Part shown: piece by piece, positions 15,963 through 24,232 of the stretch | Position numbering within the stretch: position 1 is the first letter of the stretch | Layout: every line of letters begins with the position of its first letter | From: a virus | DNA: 24,232 nucleotides | Reading direction: 5' to 3' (one strand) | Virus record (IMG/VR): IMGVR_UViG_3300047160_036265 | The notes under the pieces: generated by a model | Told to the model about the DNA's origin: nothing | Seen by the model: only the letters and a program-made list of their open reading frames with translations | Database searches by the model: none | Made by a program: the position numbers and the translations under genes

Positions 15963-17018
15963 TTATATTCCCATCTTTTTGGCAAAGTCTTGGCGCTTCG
16001 GGGTCACATGATCCTTCTCAAGCCCCCGCAACTTATTTAGCACGTCCAGATAATCTGGACACAATTCAACGGGCGACTCCACCTTCACCGTGGCGACAAT
16101 ATCGCCCATGTGCAATGGACTGCGGATGTCAGGCAAACCCCGGCCCTTCAAGCGGAAGCGAGTGCCCGTTTGCGTTCCTGCGGGAATCTTTACCTTGATG
16201 CCGGCATCCAGCGTCGGCAACTCGATCTCGTCCCCCAGAACGACCTGGGTGTAGGAAACCGGGATGTCGCAGAACAAATCCCGGCCCTCACGTTTGAAGA
16301 TGGGATGTTCCTTGATGAGAACGACTACAAAGAGGTCGCCCGTGCGGCTGCCGATCTTGCCGTCCTCACCCTCGCCAGCCACCCGGACTTGCATTCCGTT
16401 GTCGATGCCCTGGGGGATTTGAATATCCAGGGCCTTCTCAACAAAGCCGCCAAAGCCAGCGCCGGCGCACTCTTCACAGCGGTCAATATGCGACTTGCCG
16501 CTGCCCTTGCAGACGGTGCATTGCATGGTGAACTGGAAGGGGGAACTGTCGATCTTGGCCCCGAACCCCGAACCGCCACAGGCCGGGCAGGCAACAAAAC
16601 TGCTATAGCCCTTGCCCTCGCAGGCATAACAGCGCTGACGCTTCTTGACGACGATGCGACGGGTGCAGCCCTTAATAATATCCATGAGGTCTACTTCGAC
16701 CCGAACCTGGATATTTCGGCCTCTTGCCTCGCCACCCCCAAAGAACTCCTCGAATATGCTTGTAAAGTCCTGAGCGGGTCGCCTCCTGCGACCCCGTGGT
16801 TGCGCATGGTGAGCGGTCCTGCCGTCGTAGTGAGAACGGTTGATCGGGTCGGTCAAGACATCGTAGGCTTCCTGAACCCTCTTAAACTGTTCCTCAGCGC
16901 TTTTATCACCTGGGTTGCGGTCGGGGTGATACTTTAGTGCGTTGCGACGATAGGCTTTCTTGATTTCCTCATCCGTGGCGGTGCGTGGTACACCCAAAGT
17001 CTCATAGTAATCCATCAC
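15963..17018 (-). CDS. dnaJ: molecular chaperone DnaJ (type I: J domain, G/F region, 4x CxxCxGxG zinc finger, C-terminal domain)
   Basis: The J domain is YYETLGV…[10 protein letters not shown], and the zinc-finger repeats are [24 protein letters not shown] and CEECAGAG. The track starts at GTG (17018), and the ATG at 17015 overlaps the GroES stop (TGATG). Confidence 0.9.
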   Translation of the reverse strand: MMDYYETLGVPRTATDEEIKKAYRRNALKYHPDRNPGDKSAEEQFKRVQEAYDVLTDPINRSHYDGRTAHHAQPRGRRRRPAQDFTSIFEEFFGGGEARGRNIQVRVEVDLMDIIKGCTRRIVVKKRQRCYACEGKGYSSFVACPACGGSGFGAKIDSSPFQFTMQCTVCKGSGKSHIDRCEECAGAGFGGFVEKALDIQIPQGIDNGMQVRVAGEGEDGKIGSRTGDLFVVVLIKEHPIFKREGRDLFCDIPVSYTQVVLGDEIELPTLDAGIKVKIPAGTQTGTRFRLKGRGLPDIRSPLHMGDIVATVKVESPVELCPDYLDVLNKLRGLEKDHVTPKRQDFAKKMGI

Positions 17019-17344
17019 TCCTCAACAAGAACGGCCTTGATGCTGTGCGGCTCCATGAGAACCCGTTCGCGTTCGATCTTGTCGTAGTTGGGAGTCGGCA
17101 CACCGCCGCCCGAAACCACCACCCGGTCGCCCACGTCGAAGCCCCAATCCTCTTTCTTGAGGGACGGGCCGACCGCACGCACATAACCCTGGTACTCCAG
17201 ACCGTCACGCTTGTTGCCGACGCTGAAGCGGGTATTCAGAAGCTCCTGCTGTGTCAGAAGCTCGACCAAAACCTGAGAGCCACATGGCTTGATGTCCCTG
17301 ATATAAGGGACGAGAGGTTCGTCACTGCCGATGATCTTTGACAT
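17015..17344 (-). CDS. groES: GroES/Cpn10-like co-chaperonin (110 aa from internal ATG of the 147-aa ORF)
   Basis: [20 protein letters not shown]…GYVRAVGPS…[10 protein letters not shown]…[17 protein letters not shown] aligns with GroES, including the mobile-loop region. It is translationally coupled to dnaJ, and the conserved AATTAGAAAGG motif lies upstream. Confidence 0.65.
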   Translation of the reverse strand: MSKIIGSDEPLVPYIRDIKPCGSQVLVELLTQQELLNTRFSVGNKRDGLEYQGYVRAVGPSLKKEDWGFDVGDRVVVSGGGVPTPNYDKIERERVLMEPHSIKAVLVEE

Positions 17345-17358
17345 ACTTTCCTTTCTAA

Positions 17359-17748
17359 TTAAGTTGTTTGCGCATCGTTCAGTTGAAACGTATGCCCTGA
17401 ACTGGCCTGAATCTGGATTCCGGCCCCCTGCAATGTCATGCCGTCCGCCGAATGCCATGTTACCAGGCTGGGTTCATAGCCAATGCCACTTATCATGCTC
17501 GTCGTAGCGATCATGCTGGGCGATACATTGGTCTGCAAACCCTCCGGGTAGGGCGTATACCTCATGCCCGGCGGCGTCTTGGGAACCTTGGCCGCTTGTT
17601 CAGCAACATACTCATCAACAATCTTGGCCACTGTGGAATCGCACAAATCGGCGTACCCAAAGCAGCCTTCCTCGTAGGCCCGCTTCAAGAGGGCCACGAG
17701 ATCATCCTTCTCTATATAAACCAACACACTGTCAATTTCCATGTTCAT
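17359..17748 (-). CDS. hypothetical protein (129 aa)
   Basis: This ATG ORF has a GGAG upstream and a 17-nt overlap with the stop of the ALDH fragment. Confidence 0.45.
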   Translation of the reverse strand: MNMEIDSVLVYIEKDDLVALLKRAYEEGCFGYADLCDSTVAKIVDEYVAEQAAKVPKTPPGMRYTPYPEGLQTNVSPSMIATTSMISGIGYEPSLVTWHSADGMTLQGAGIQIQASSGHTFQLNDAQTT

Positions 17749-18490
17749 TATTTAAGCTCCAACGCTTTGCTGACCTTACGATGACATCGCAGGTCTTGTG
17801 CCGAGAGTCGGCACACACTCGGCAGATGGAGCGGCCTACCTCAGCACTGCCGGTAAAATAAATGTGGTCCACGTTATCCAGGGCAAGGGCATGGCCGACT
17901 TCGCCATTGCCGTGAATCATGTTGAAGACGCCTGGGGGAAAACCGGCCTCATTATAAAGCTCAGCTATCATTTGCCCGGTCACGGGCGTTTCCTCACTCG
18001 GCTTGAATATTACCGTGTTGCCCTCCACAAGAGCAGGAGCAACACCACAAGCACCACCAATAGCAAACGGATAATTCCAAGGAGCAATAATCGCCACGGC
18101 ACCTTTGGGTTTTCGGAAGACATACGCACCACGCTCCGCAAAATCTCGGCCCTTGCCAAACGAGAACTTCATCAAGTGCAATGCCTCGGTGACTTCGGTT
18201 TTACTTTCATTCAGGTTCCTGCCCGTTTCCAGGGAGATTGCCTTGACGATCTTATCGAAATCCCGTTTGACCAATTGGGCCAGGGTAACAAAGTATTCAG
18301 CCCGTTTCACCCGGTTGACTTCGTGCCATTTGGGAAAGGCCCGGCGTGCGGCAGCCACCGCTTCCGCCACTTCCTCCGACGTGGATGATGGGAACAGGCC
18401 GATTTCTTCCTCGGTGGCGGGGTTGCGGGAGGGGAAGTCCGGGCGGTGGGGGCAGAAGTCACCGTCAATATAATTCATGCCCACATACAT
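17732..18490 (-). pseudogene. aldehyde dehydrogenase (ALDH superfamily) N-terminal/NAD-binding half only, lacking the catalytic half
   Basis: From MYVGMNYIDGDF the sequence matches ALDH (NPATEE.IG, PWNYPF, GNTVIFKPSEETP, GFPPGVFN, FTGSAEVGR). Homology ends right after FTGS, well before the catalytic Cys/Glu and the ELGGK motif. The 88 codons the track places upstream lack homology. Confidence 0.55.
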
Positions 18491-18500
18491 GCGTTTCCCC

Positions 18501-18839
18501 CTACATGCTAAAACTTGAACCGCAACCGCAGGTCGTCTTGGCGTTGGGGTTCTCGAACTTGAAACCACGCTTATCCAGGGTTTCCACGAAGTCAATGACG
18601 GTGCCTGGGAGATACATGGCGGAACGCTTGTCGATAGCGAATTGCAGGCCATTGATCTCCTCAACCGTGTCCACTTTTTCGTTGAAGTTCTCATCCAGGT
18701 TGAAGGCCCACTGGAAACCGCTGCATCCGCCACCACGAACGCCCACCCGCACATAAGTGGTCTTCGGGTCCATGTTCTGATCTTCCATAATGCGCTTGAT
18801 CTCGGCGGCAGCCGTATCGGTGAGAGTAACTGTAGCCAT
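18501..18839 (-). CDS. A-type iron-sulfur cluster carrier (IscA/ErpA/HesB family)
   Basis: The protein is 112 aa with the conserved Cys triad (…GGGCSGF… and C-terminal CGCGSSF). A strong AGGAGG Shine-Dalgarno lies 5 nt upstream. Confidence 0.85.
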   Translation of the reverse strand: MATVTLTDTAAAEIKRIMEDQNMDPKTTYVRVGVRGGGCSGFQWAFNLDENFNEKVDTVEEINGLQFAIDKRSAMYLPGTVIDFVETLDKRGFKFENPNAKTTCGCGSSFSM

Positions 18840-18860
18840 ATTGCCTCCTGAAATATTCTA

Positions 18861-20069
18861 TCACGCCCAATAACCTATGAAATAGCACTTGCCGTCTTTC
18901 TCGCCCACGATAACAGGAGTGATACACCGTTTCTTTATAAGAGTTAGGTCCAACGCTTTCTTGGCCTCCTCGATGCTATCGAAAGACAAGATGTTTCCGT
19001 TATCGTCCACGAACCGTGGGTCTTTCTTGGGATACGCCACGCCCGGCACAATGACGCCATAATGGTCAAACACCGGCTTGCCATTGGCATCCGGGAAGTT
19101 TTCCGTCAGGTCGATAATTTCCTTCACCGTCTGGGAAGCGGCAGGCCAGAACTCATGGAGGGGGTACACGCGAGGTTCATAGAGCAAGGGCGTGGGTTCG
19201 GGGTGCCGCAACACCAAGCCGCCACCCTCGACAAAGAAGTTGTATCCCTTGAAGTGACGAGGTTCGACCACAATACGATATTCCCTGGCGTTGGAGAACT
19301 CGGCCAGCAAAAATGGCTGGTGCATATTGTAGTCCAGGCTCTTGGCCAATATGACCGCTGCACTCGTCATTGTCACCCGGTTAAAGCCATAATAGCTCTC
19401 GTCCACCTGCTGGCGGAAGGCTTCCACCGTCTTCATGATTTCGGAGTGCATGTCGGTGAGGCCCAGGTCCAGATAACGCTTGGCCTTCTTCTCGACCCTC
19501 GCCAGTTCATCCTGGTACGCCATGTCGTAGCGGATGAACTTACTGAAGCTGGAGGGTTGTGCGGACCAGACCTCATCACCCTTCTTGCACAGGCTCCGCA
19601 GGTCAATACATTGCATTCGCTTCCTGTTACGAACCTTCTCCCGGTCTTCGGGGGCCTTGAGAAAGCGGACGTGCAGGCGATTGACGAAGGGGCTGTCGAT
19701 GCGGCGCAGAACGTCCTTGGGCAGTTCTTTGGATAAGACCTTCCAGAGAAAAGGCCCAACGGAGTTATAACGCTCGCGTTCGCAATACTCGGCCACCACC
19801 AGCAACTCCTCGCACTCGTTGGCGAAAGCGCTATCAAAGGCCAGCCAACCGTCAAAGGCGGTTCCCAGGTCAGGGTGGGTGAAATCCACCACCGTGGTGA
19901 AAGCGTGCAACTTGCCGAACAGGGAACCCAGGGCGTGTTCGCCCCGTTCCTCCGGGCAGGCCGCTATCGCAGCCATAACCCGATGGGCTTCTTTTGATGG
20001 CACTGCGCCCTCGCGTCTCGTACCAAGCCTCCTGAGTATTTCCTTGTTAAGCTCCCTTGCATCGTCCAT
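18861..20069 (-). CDS. hypothetical protein (402 aa)
   Basis: This long ATG ORF overlaps the IF3 stop by 23 nt and has no recognisable motif. Confidence 0.55.
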   Translation of the reverse strand: MDDARELNKEILRRLGTRREGAVPSKEAHRVMAAIAACPEERGEHALGSLFGKLHAFTTVVDFTHPDLGTAFDGWLAFDSAFANECEELLVVAEYCERERYNSVGPFLWKVLSKELPKDVLRRIDSPFVNRLHVRFLKAPEDREKVRNRKRMQCIDLRSLCKKGDEVWSAQPSSFSKFIRYDMAYQDELARVEKKAKRYLDLGLTDMHSEIMKTVEAFRQQVDESYYGFNRVTMTSAAVILAKSLDYNMHQPFLLAEFSNAREYRIVVEPRHFKGYNFFVEGGGLVLRHPEPTPLLYEPRVYPLHEFWPAASQTVKEIIDLTENFPDANGKPVFDHYGVIVPGVAYPKKDPRFVDDNGNILSFDSIEEAKKALDLTLIKKRCITPVIVGEKDGKCYFIGYWA

Positions 20070-20595
20070 TTTCTACTTCCTGCCTCGGTATTATACGACA
20101 GACCAACTTGTTCCCTTCTATTTTAGGCGGGCGTTCTGCCGCAGCTATGTCCTTCAGGTCAGCCAATATCTTATTGACGACGTTAAACCCCTGTTCCTTG
20201 TGGGCAATTTCCCGATTCTTATATTGCAAATTCAACTGGACCAGATTGCCCTTTTCCAAGAAAGCACGCGCCGCCTTGGACTTGGTTTGAATATCATGGT
20301 CGGCAATCGCAGGCCGCAGACGAATCTCCTTGATCTGCACGCTCGCCTCACGCTGTTTGCGTTCCTGTTCCTTCCGCTTTATCTTCTGTTCGTATCTAAA
20401 CTTGCCATAGTCCATAATGGAACAGACCGGGGGGTTGGCGTGGGCAGCGATCTCCACCAAGTCGAGGCCCGCATCCTGCGCTATCCTTCGTGCTTTGTCA
20501 ATGGGCATAATACCAAGTTGGTTGCCGTCTTGTGTTACCCGAACGACGGCGGCACGAATTTGGAAATTCACACGGGCATATTTATTCTGTTGCAT
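20047..20595 (-). CDS. infC: translation initiation factor IF-3
   Basis: The N-domain (RVNFQIRAAVVRVTQDGNQLGI…AQDAGLDLVEIAA.ANPPVCSIMDYGKFRYEQ) and the C-domain (IKEIRLRPAIADHDIQTK…FLEKGN.V…REIAHKEQG) match bacterial IF3 along its length. Its ATG overlaps the decarboxylase stop (TAATG). Confidence 0.85.
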   Translation of the reverse strand: MQQNKYARVNFQIRAAVVRVTQDGNQLGIMPIDKARRIAQDAGLDLVEIAAHANPPVCSIMDYGKFRYEQKIKRKEQERKQREASVQIKEIRLRPAIADHDIQTKSKAARAFLEKGNLVQLNLQYKNREIAHKEQGFNVVNKILADLKDIAAAERPPKIEGNKLVCRIIPRQEVENGRCKGA

Positions 20596-22232
20596 TATTT
20601 GACTCTCTTAGCGTAAGTTTCTGCTAATCTCCTTAAAGCATTGGAAGTGTCCTTCTGATCTACGACAACATTTATCACACATAAAGTGTCGCCGGCCAAA
20701 GCTTCACGGACGGCTATATCAAGCTCGCCCTCGGTTTCCACCCGGAAGCCCTTGCCTCCACCGATCACATCAGTGATCTTGTGGTAATTCCAGTCACGAA
20801 TATTGTTGAAGGGACCGTCGAGCATGGCCCGTTCGGTCGCATAACCCTTGTTATTGAGTACAAACACTATCGGCTTGAGCTTATGCTCCAGTATGGTACT
20901 AAGCTCGGTGCAGGTCATCTGAAAGGCCCCATCCCCCACCAGCACAATCGGGCGCACGTCGGGCTTGGCCAGGGCCACGGCCAGAGCGCCAGGAATGGCG
21001 AAACCCATGCTGCTGTAGAAGGCGGGGCACATAAAGCAGTGCTGAGAGACAGCCAACTGGAACGCCCCAAACAAGCTCTCGCCAATGTCGGCCACGATGG
21101 CAAAGTCGGGCTTGGCCAGCAGGGAATTGATCTTGTCCACAAAGCGGGCAATTGTCAGTTTCGCCTCGGCAACCGCTGTATATTTCTCGGTCGGCTTGGT
21201 CACATAGCTGGGGATAGGGTGCTTGTGCAGGTCGGCCTTGAACAGCGTATTGCAAAAGTCCCGGAAGCGCACCTGCTTGAAGGTGTGGTTCTTGATTTTC
21301 AAGCCCTCGACGGAGCAGGAAATGACGTTGCTGGGGTCGAACCGCACCGGCGAAAAACCGCACATCAGGTCCGTCACCATCTCGCCCAGGATCAGGATGC
21401 AGTCCGAGTTTTCAACGTACTCCTTGACCACATCACTGCTCATGGTCCCGGCATAAACACCCAGGAAAAGGCGATGCTTTTCGTCCACCACGCTCTTGCT
21501 GAGCAACGTAGTGGCCACCGGAATGCCATGCTTGTCGGCAAAGCGGATCAACTCGTTGCCCAGGTTGAAGCGTGACACCTGGACACCGGCCAGAATGATC
21601 GGTTTCTTGGCGTCGTCCAGCCAGGTGAAAACTTCCTTCAGGGCTTCGCGCAGACTGATGGGGTCCGTTTCGGGGGCGGTGGGCGTACCCTGATGATACA
21701 CGTCGTATTTGATGGGCTTGTGGGCCACGTCCCTGGGCAGTTCAATGTAAACAGGCTGCTTGTGGTGGTGCAACTTCTCCAGGGCCATGTCAATCTTGTA
21801 GCCGGCGGTCTGGGCGTCATCGAGGACCACGGAGCAGCAGGTTATATTTTCAAAAATCTTGAGTTGGTTGTCAAAGCTGCGAACCATGTGGTGCAGCATA
21901 AAGCCTTCGTCGCGCTCCTTGACCCCTGGCGAACCACTTATCAAGAGGACCGGCGACTTCTCGGCATAGGCACCGGCGATGGCATTGCACAGTTTCAAGG
22001 CACCGACGTTGTAGGTGGTCACGACGCAGCCCAGGCCCGTGATGCGGGCGTAGGCGTCGGCGGCGAAGCCGGCGTGACTCTCATCGGTATTGTTGATGAG
22101 CTTGATCTTCTTGCTCTCGGAGAGCTTCTTGAGGAAATGAAGGATGTAGTCGCCTGGAACTGTGAAGGTATGCTTGAGTCCGGCGTTTTCTAACCTTTCC
22201 ACCAAGAAATCGGTAACGCTTGGCATGTTCAC
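20595..22232 (-). CDS. thiamine-diphosphate-dependent 2-keto-acid decarboxylase (pyruvate/indolepyruvate decarboxylase family)
   Basis: The sequence aligns with PDC/IPDC over its full length. The N-terminal Pyr domain is FTVPGDYILHFL, and the TPP-binding motif is GDGAFQMTCTELSTILEHKLKPIVFVLNNKGYATER. The track begins at GTG (22232) and the first ATG is at 22226. Confidence 0.9.
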   Translation of the reverse strand: MNMPSVTDFLVERLENAGLKHTFTVPGDYILHFLKKLSESKKIKLINNTDESHAGFAADAYARITGLGCVVTTYNVGALKLCNAIAGAYAEKSPVLLISGSPGVKERDEGFMLHHMVRSFDNQLKIFENITCCSVVLDDAQTAGYKIDMALEKLHHHKQPVYIELPRDVAHKPIKYDVYHQGTPTAPETDPISLREALKEVFTWLDDAKKPIILAGVQVSRFNLGNELIRFADKHGIPVATTLLSKSVVDEKHRLFLGVYAGTMSSDVVKEYVENSDCILILGEMVTDLMCGFSPVRFDPSNVISCSVEGLKIKNHTFKQVRFRDFCNTLFKADLHKHPIPSYVTKPTEKYTAVAEAKLTIARFVDKINSLLAKPDFAIVADIGESLFGAFQLAVSQHCFMCPAFYSSMGFAIPGALAVALAKPDVRPIVLVGDGAFQMTCTELSTILEHKLKPIVFVLNNKGYATERAMLDGPFNNIRDWNYHKITDVIGGGKGFRVETEGELDIAVREALAGDTLCVINVVVDQKDTSNALRRLAETYAKRVK

Positions 22233-22237
22233 CCTAC

Positions 22238-23239
22238 CTATTTAGGCGTTGAAAGTAGCACCTGGCCGGGTGCAATTTCTTTGTTTGGATAGGGTTGCGG
22301 CACCGTACCGCCAGGGTCCATTGCGTGCTGGCATTCGGTGACTATATATGGCGGGCGAACCGCCCTCGGTACATCGTCTTCCGGGCAATTAGGTTCATCG
22401 CCAAGGTGGTCCTCCTCCGGCGGGGGAAGCGGCGGGGCCGGTGGGATGGACGGGGGCCACTGATACTCAATCGTCGGAGAATCCACGATCTGAATAACAT
22501 AACCCTCGTTGTTGACCGGATACCGGCGCATCCACTCCACCCCCGGCACCGGCGCGCACCCGTAATCGGCGGGCGTGAGGGTGGTAAAGCTCGGAATTAC
22601 GCTGTCCGACACATCGTAGAGCGTCGGTTGAGACAGCATCTTGATGAGTTTGAACTCAAACTGGTAGCAACCAGGAAGGCAAACCTCCCCGGCCTGCCAG
22701 TGGTAGACCAGGAGGCTTTCCATCACGACATTCTTGCGCACCGTACCGTCGATCTCGGTGATGTCCTGCACAACCATCTGTGATTCGGCGGGGGCGTTCA
22801 TCAGCTTGATGATGCGCATGGCCGTGCCCTTCTTCCAGTTAGATACAAACGTGCCGTTGTAGCCCCGCTGGACCTGGACAAAGCGGTTATCCTCATCAAA
22901 CCCCGTCACCAACATATGCTCCGGCAAACGTGTCCTATCCATGATGATTATATCACCAACCATCATCTGCTCAAACCCAATATCGTCCGCAACCTGGAAA
23001 TATGTGTCGGTCGTGGACATATTTTTCTTGAGCTTCGCCTTGGCCCACATGCTGGCCTCGACAATAAGGCCGGTGAGGTCGATGGGACCGTCGCAATCTT
23101 CGACGGAGACTTTGAACGGAGGCTCGGTGTCGTTTCGCTTGAGGGTGAAATCAGGGCAGACGCCTGGGCAACAACCGAACTTGTCACAGCAGGTGGGGCT
23201 GGTAGAACATCCTTTTCCAAAACTGGTTGCACATGCCAT
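22238..23239 (-). CDS. hypothetical protein with N-terminal Cys cluster and Pro-rich C-terminus
   Basis: The N-terminus is CATSFGKGCSTSPTCCDKFGCCPGVCPDF and the C-terminus contains PPSIPPAPPLPPPEE. The ORF extends to an ATG at 23395, but that would overlap the dCMP deaminase by 139 nt, so the internal ATG at 23239 was chosen. Confidence 0.5.
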   Translation of the reverse strand: MACATSFGKGCSTSPTCCDKFGCCPGVCPDFTLKRNDTEPPFKVSVEDCDGPIDLTGLIVEASMWAKAKLKKNMSTTDTYFQVADDIGFEQMMVGDIIIMDRTRLPEHMLVTGFDEDNRFVQVQRGYNGTFVSNWKKGTAMRIIKLMNAPAESQMVVQDITEIDGTVRKNVVMESLLVYHWQAGEVCLPGCYQFEFKLIKMLSQPTLYDVSDSVIPSFTTLTPADYGCAPVPGVEWMRRYPVNNEGYVIQIVDSPTIEYQWPPSIPPAPPLPPPEEDHLGDEPNCPEDDVPRAVRPPYIVTECQHAMDPGGTVPQPYPNKEIAPGQVLLSTPK

Positions 23240-23256
23240 ATCGTTATATAGAGGAG

Positions 23257-23751
23257 CTACCCGAAAAGTCCTCGTACTTCCAAAGACTTCATCTGATCCC
23301 GCAGCCAATTCAGGTCGCCCTTGAATTCGTCCAGTTGCATATAACTCATGCGCATGACCTCCTGCACCTTGACCCAATCCGCCGTTTCCGGGCATTTACC
23401 GTTGAACACCACCCGTTTGATGCCCAGGTGCAGGGCCTCGCACACGCACTTGAGGCAAGGCCGATTCGAGACGTACAGGACGCCGCTGCCCAGAGGGAAG
23501 CGGGCCATGTGCAGAGCCTCAACCTCCGCATGAATTACAGCCTCGTCGTCCCAACCATCATTAAGGTCCGCCAAGGGCGCAGGCATGGAATCGGTGCCGA
23601 AAGCGAAATGACGCCCGTTGCAGTCCGTGACCAGGGCACCGACTGGCTGATGCGGGTTTCGTGAACCAAAAGCGATGAGATGAGCCAAGCCCATGAAATA
23701 GTCGTCACGGGGCATAACTTCCCGCAGTGGCCGGCGTTTCCTCTTATCCAT
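23257..23751 (-). CDS. dCMP deaminase (cytidine/deoxycytidylate deaminase zinc-binding family)
   Basis: The zinc-binding motifs HAEVEAL and PCLKCVCEALHLGIKRVVF (H(A/C)E … PCxxC) are present, in a T4 Cd-like size. Confidence 0.85.
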   Translation of the reverse strand: MDKRKRRPLREVMPRDDYFMGLAHLIAFGSRNPHQPVGALVTDCNGRHFAFGTDSMPAPLADLNDGWDDEAVIHAEVEALHMARFPLGSGVLYVSNRPCLKCVCEALHLGIKRVVFNGKCPETADWVKVQEVMRMSYMQLDEFKGDLNWLRDQMKSLEVRGLFG

Positions 23752-24232
23752 TGCAGTCGATCATCTGGATATATTCTAGCCTGTGGTTCTCCGGCTTGTA
23801 GACGGCCCGGAAGTTCTTCACGTCCTTCTTCTGCGCCGGGTTCAGGAACCTCCTCACCACCGCTTCGGCCAGCGGCACGCGCATCTGATAATGACTCTGG
23901 CCGCTCACCCGCATGGCCATCGAAACGGGAATATAACCCAGGAGCATGTAATCGACACAGGCGATGGTGTAGGAGTCCGCCGTTGCATCGTAGACGTACC
24001 CGCCCAGGGGTATGCCCCGCTTGCAACTGATCTTGTTGAGGCTGTTGCGCCCGTCCTCCCTGTGGATGGCTGCCAGCACCAGATAAGTACGATCCTGGCA
24101 CAACGCCAATTCCAGGTTGTCGCGCTGCTCCTTGATTGCCTTGACCTTGAATTCAGGGGTCAGCAGGTCCAGATCATAAGGCAGGTCAAAGATCGTTGTG
24201 TCTTCGGCGCTTATTAGAATGTCCTCTGGCAT
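23744..24232 (-). CDS. hypothetical protein, 5' end at or beyond the window edge
   Basis: The ORF runs to the last base of the window. The ATG at the edge may not be the true start. It overlaps the dCMP deaminase start by 8 nt. Confidence 0.4.
   Translation of the reverse strand: MPEDILISAEDTTIFDLPYDLDLLTPEFKVKAIKEQRDNLELALCQDRTYLVLAAIHREDGRNSLNKISCKRGIPLGGYVYDATADSYTIACVDYMLLGYIPVSMAMRVSGQSHYQMRVPLAEAVVRRFLNPAQKKDVKNFRAVYKPENHRLEYIQMIDCNG

Noticed and set aside
16110-16937. 275-aa plus-strand ORF
   Set aside because: It is antisense to dnaJ, whose identity is unambiguous.
17341-17401. Apparent 1-nt frame inconsistency between the printed sequence and the ORF-track translations
   Set aside because: ORFs 16985..17341(+), 17015..17458(−) and 17359..17748(−) require an A at 17341 and one fewer A near 17400. 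This looks like a local formatting shift in the printed line, not a biological frameshift, so coordinates follow the ORF track.
18491-18754. 88-codon N-terminal extension of the ALDH ORF as given in the track
   Set aside because: It has no homology, overlaps the IscA/ErpA gene in another frame, and ALDH similarity begins exactly at the internal ATG (18490).
19062-19736. 224-aa plus-strand ORF, and 20781–21575 264-aa plus-strand ORF
   Set aside because: They are antisense to the 402-aa ORF and to the TPP decarboxylase respectively. Both have shadow-ORF composition.
23240-23395. 52-codon N-terminal extension of the Cys/Pro-rich ORF
   Set aside because: It would overlap the dCMP deaminase by 139 nt in another frame and is Gly/Ala low-complexity. 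The internal ATG at 23239 is preferred, though the call remains uncertain.
1-24232. CRISPR arrays, integrase, transposase or IS elements
   Set aside because: No regularly spaced direct repeats were seen, and there are no ORFs with recombinase or DDE motifs.

Overview
This 24.2 kb window reads as a tightly packed phage genome segment, most likely from a large or jumbo tailed phage. About 35 genes lie on the minus strand, with only two short plus-strand islands. Many gene junctions show translational-coupling overlaps (TAATG, ATGA or TGATG), and GC content looks to be in the mid-50s percent by eye (not computed). Virion and replication markers are a ~964 aa Laminin-G/ConA-like tail-fibre protein, two small structural proteins, PhoH, dUTPase, dCMP deaminase and a sigma-70-family sigma factor. 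The window also carries a striking set of host-like genes. These are translation initiation factor IF3, a GroES–DnaJ co-chaperone pair, an A-type Fe-S carrier (IscA/ErpA), a full-length TPP-dependent 2-keto-acid (pyruvate/indolepyruvate-type) decarboxylase and an N-terminal fragment of an aldehyde dehydrogenase. Further host-like genes are an amidoligase-family enzyme, a GNAT, a CX5R protein phosphatase and a glycan/envelope block (RmlB-like dehydratase, GT2, thioredoxin, SIMPL periplasmic protein). Three consecutive genes with no recognisable motif (2877–4983) and several other orphans fill the gaps. I found no tRNA, CRISPR array, integrase or transposase.
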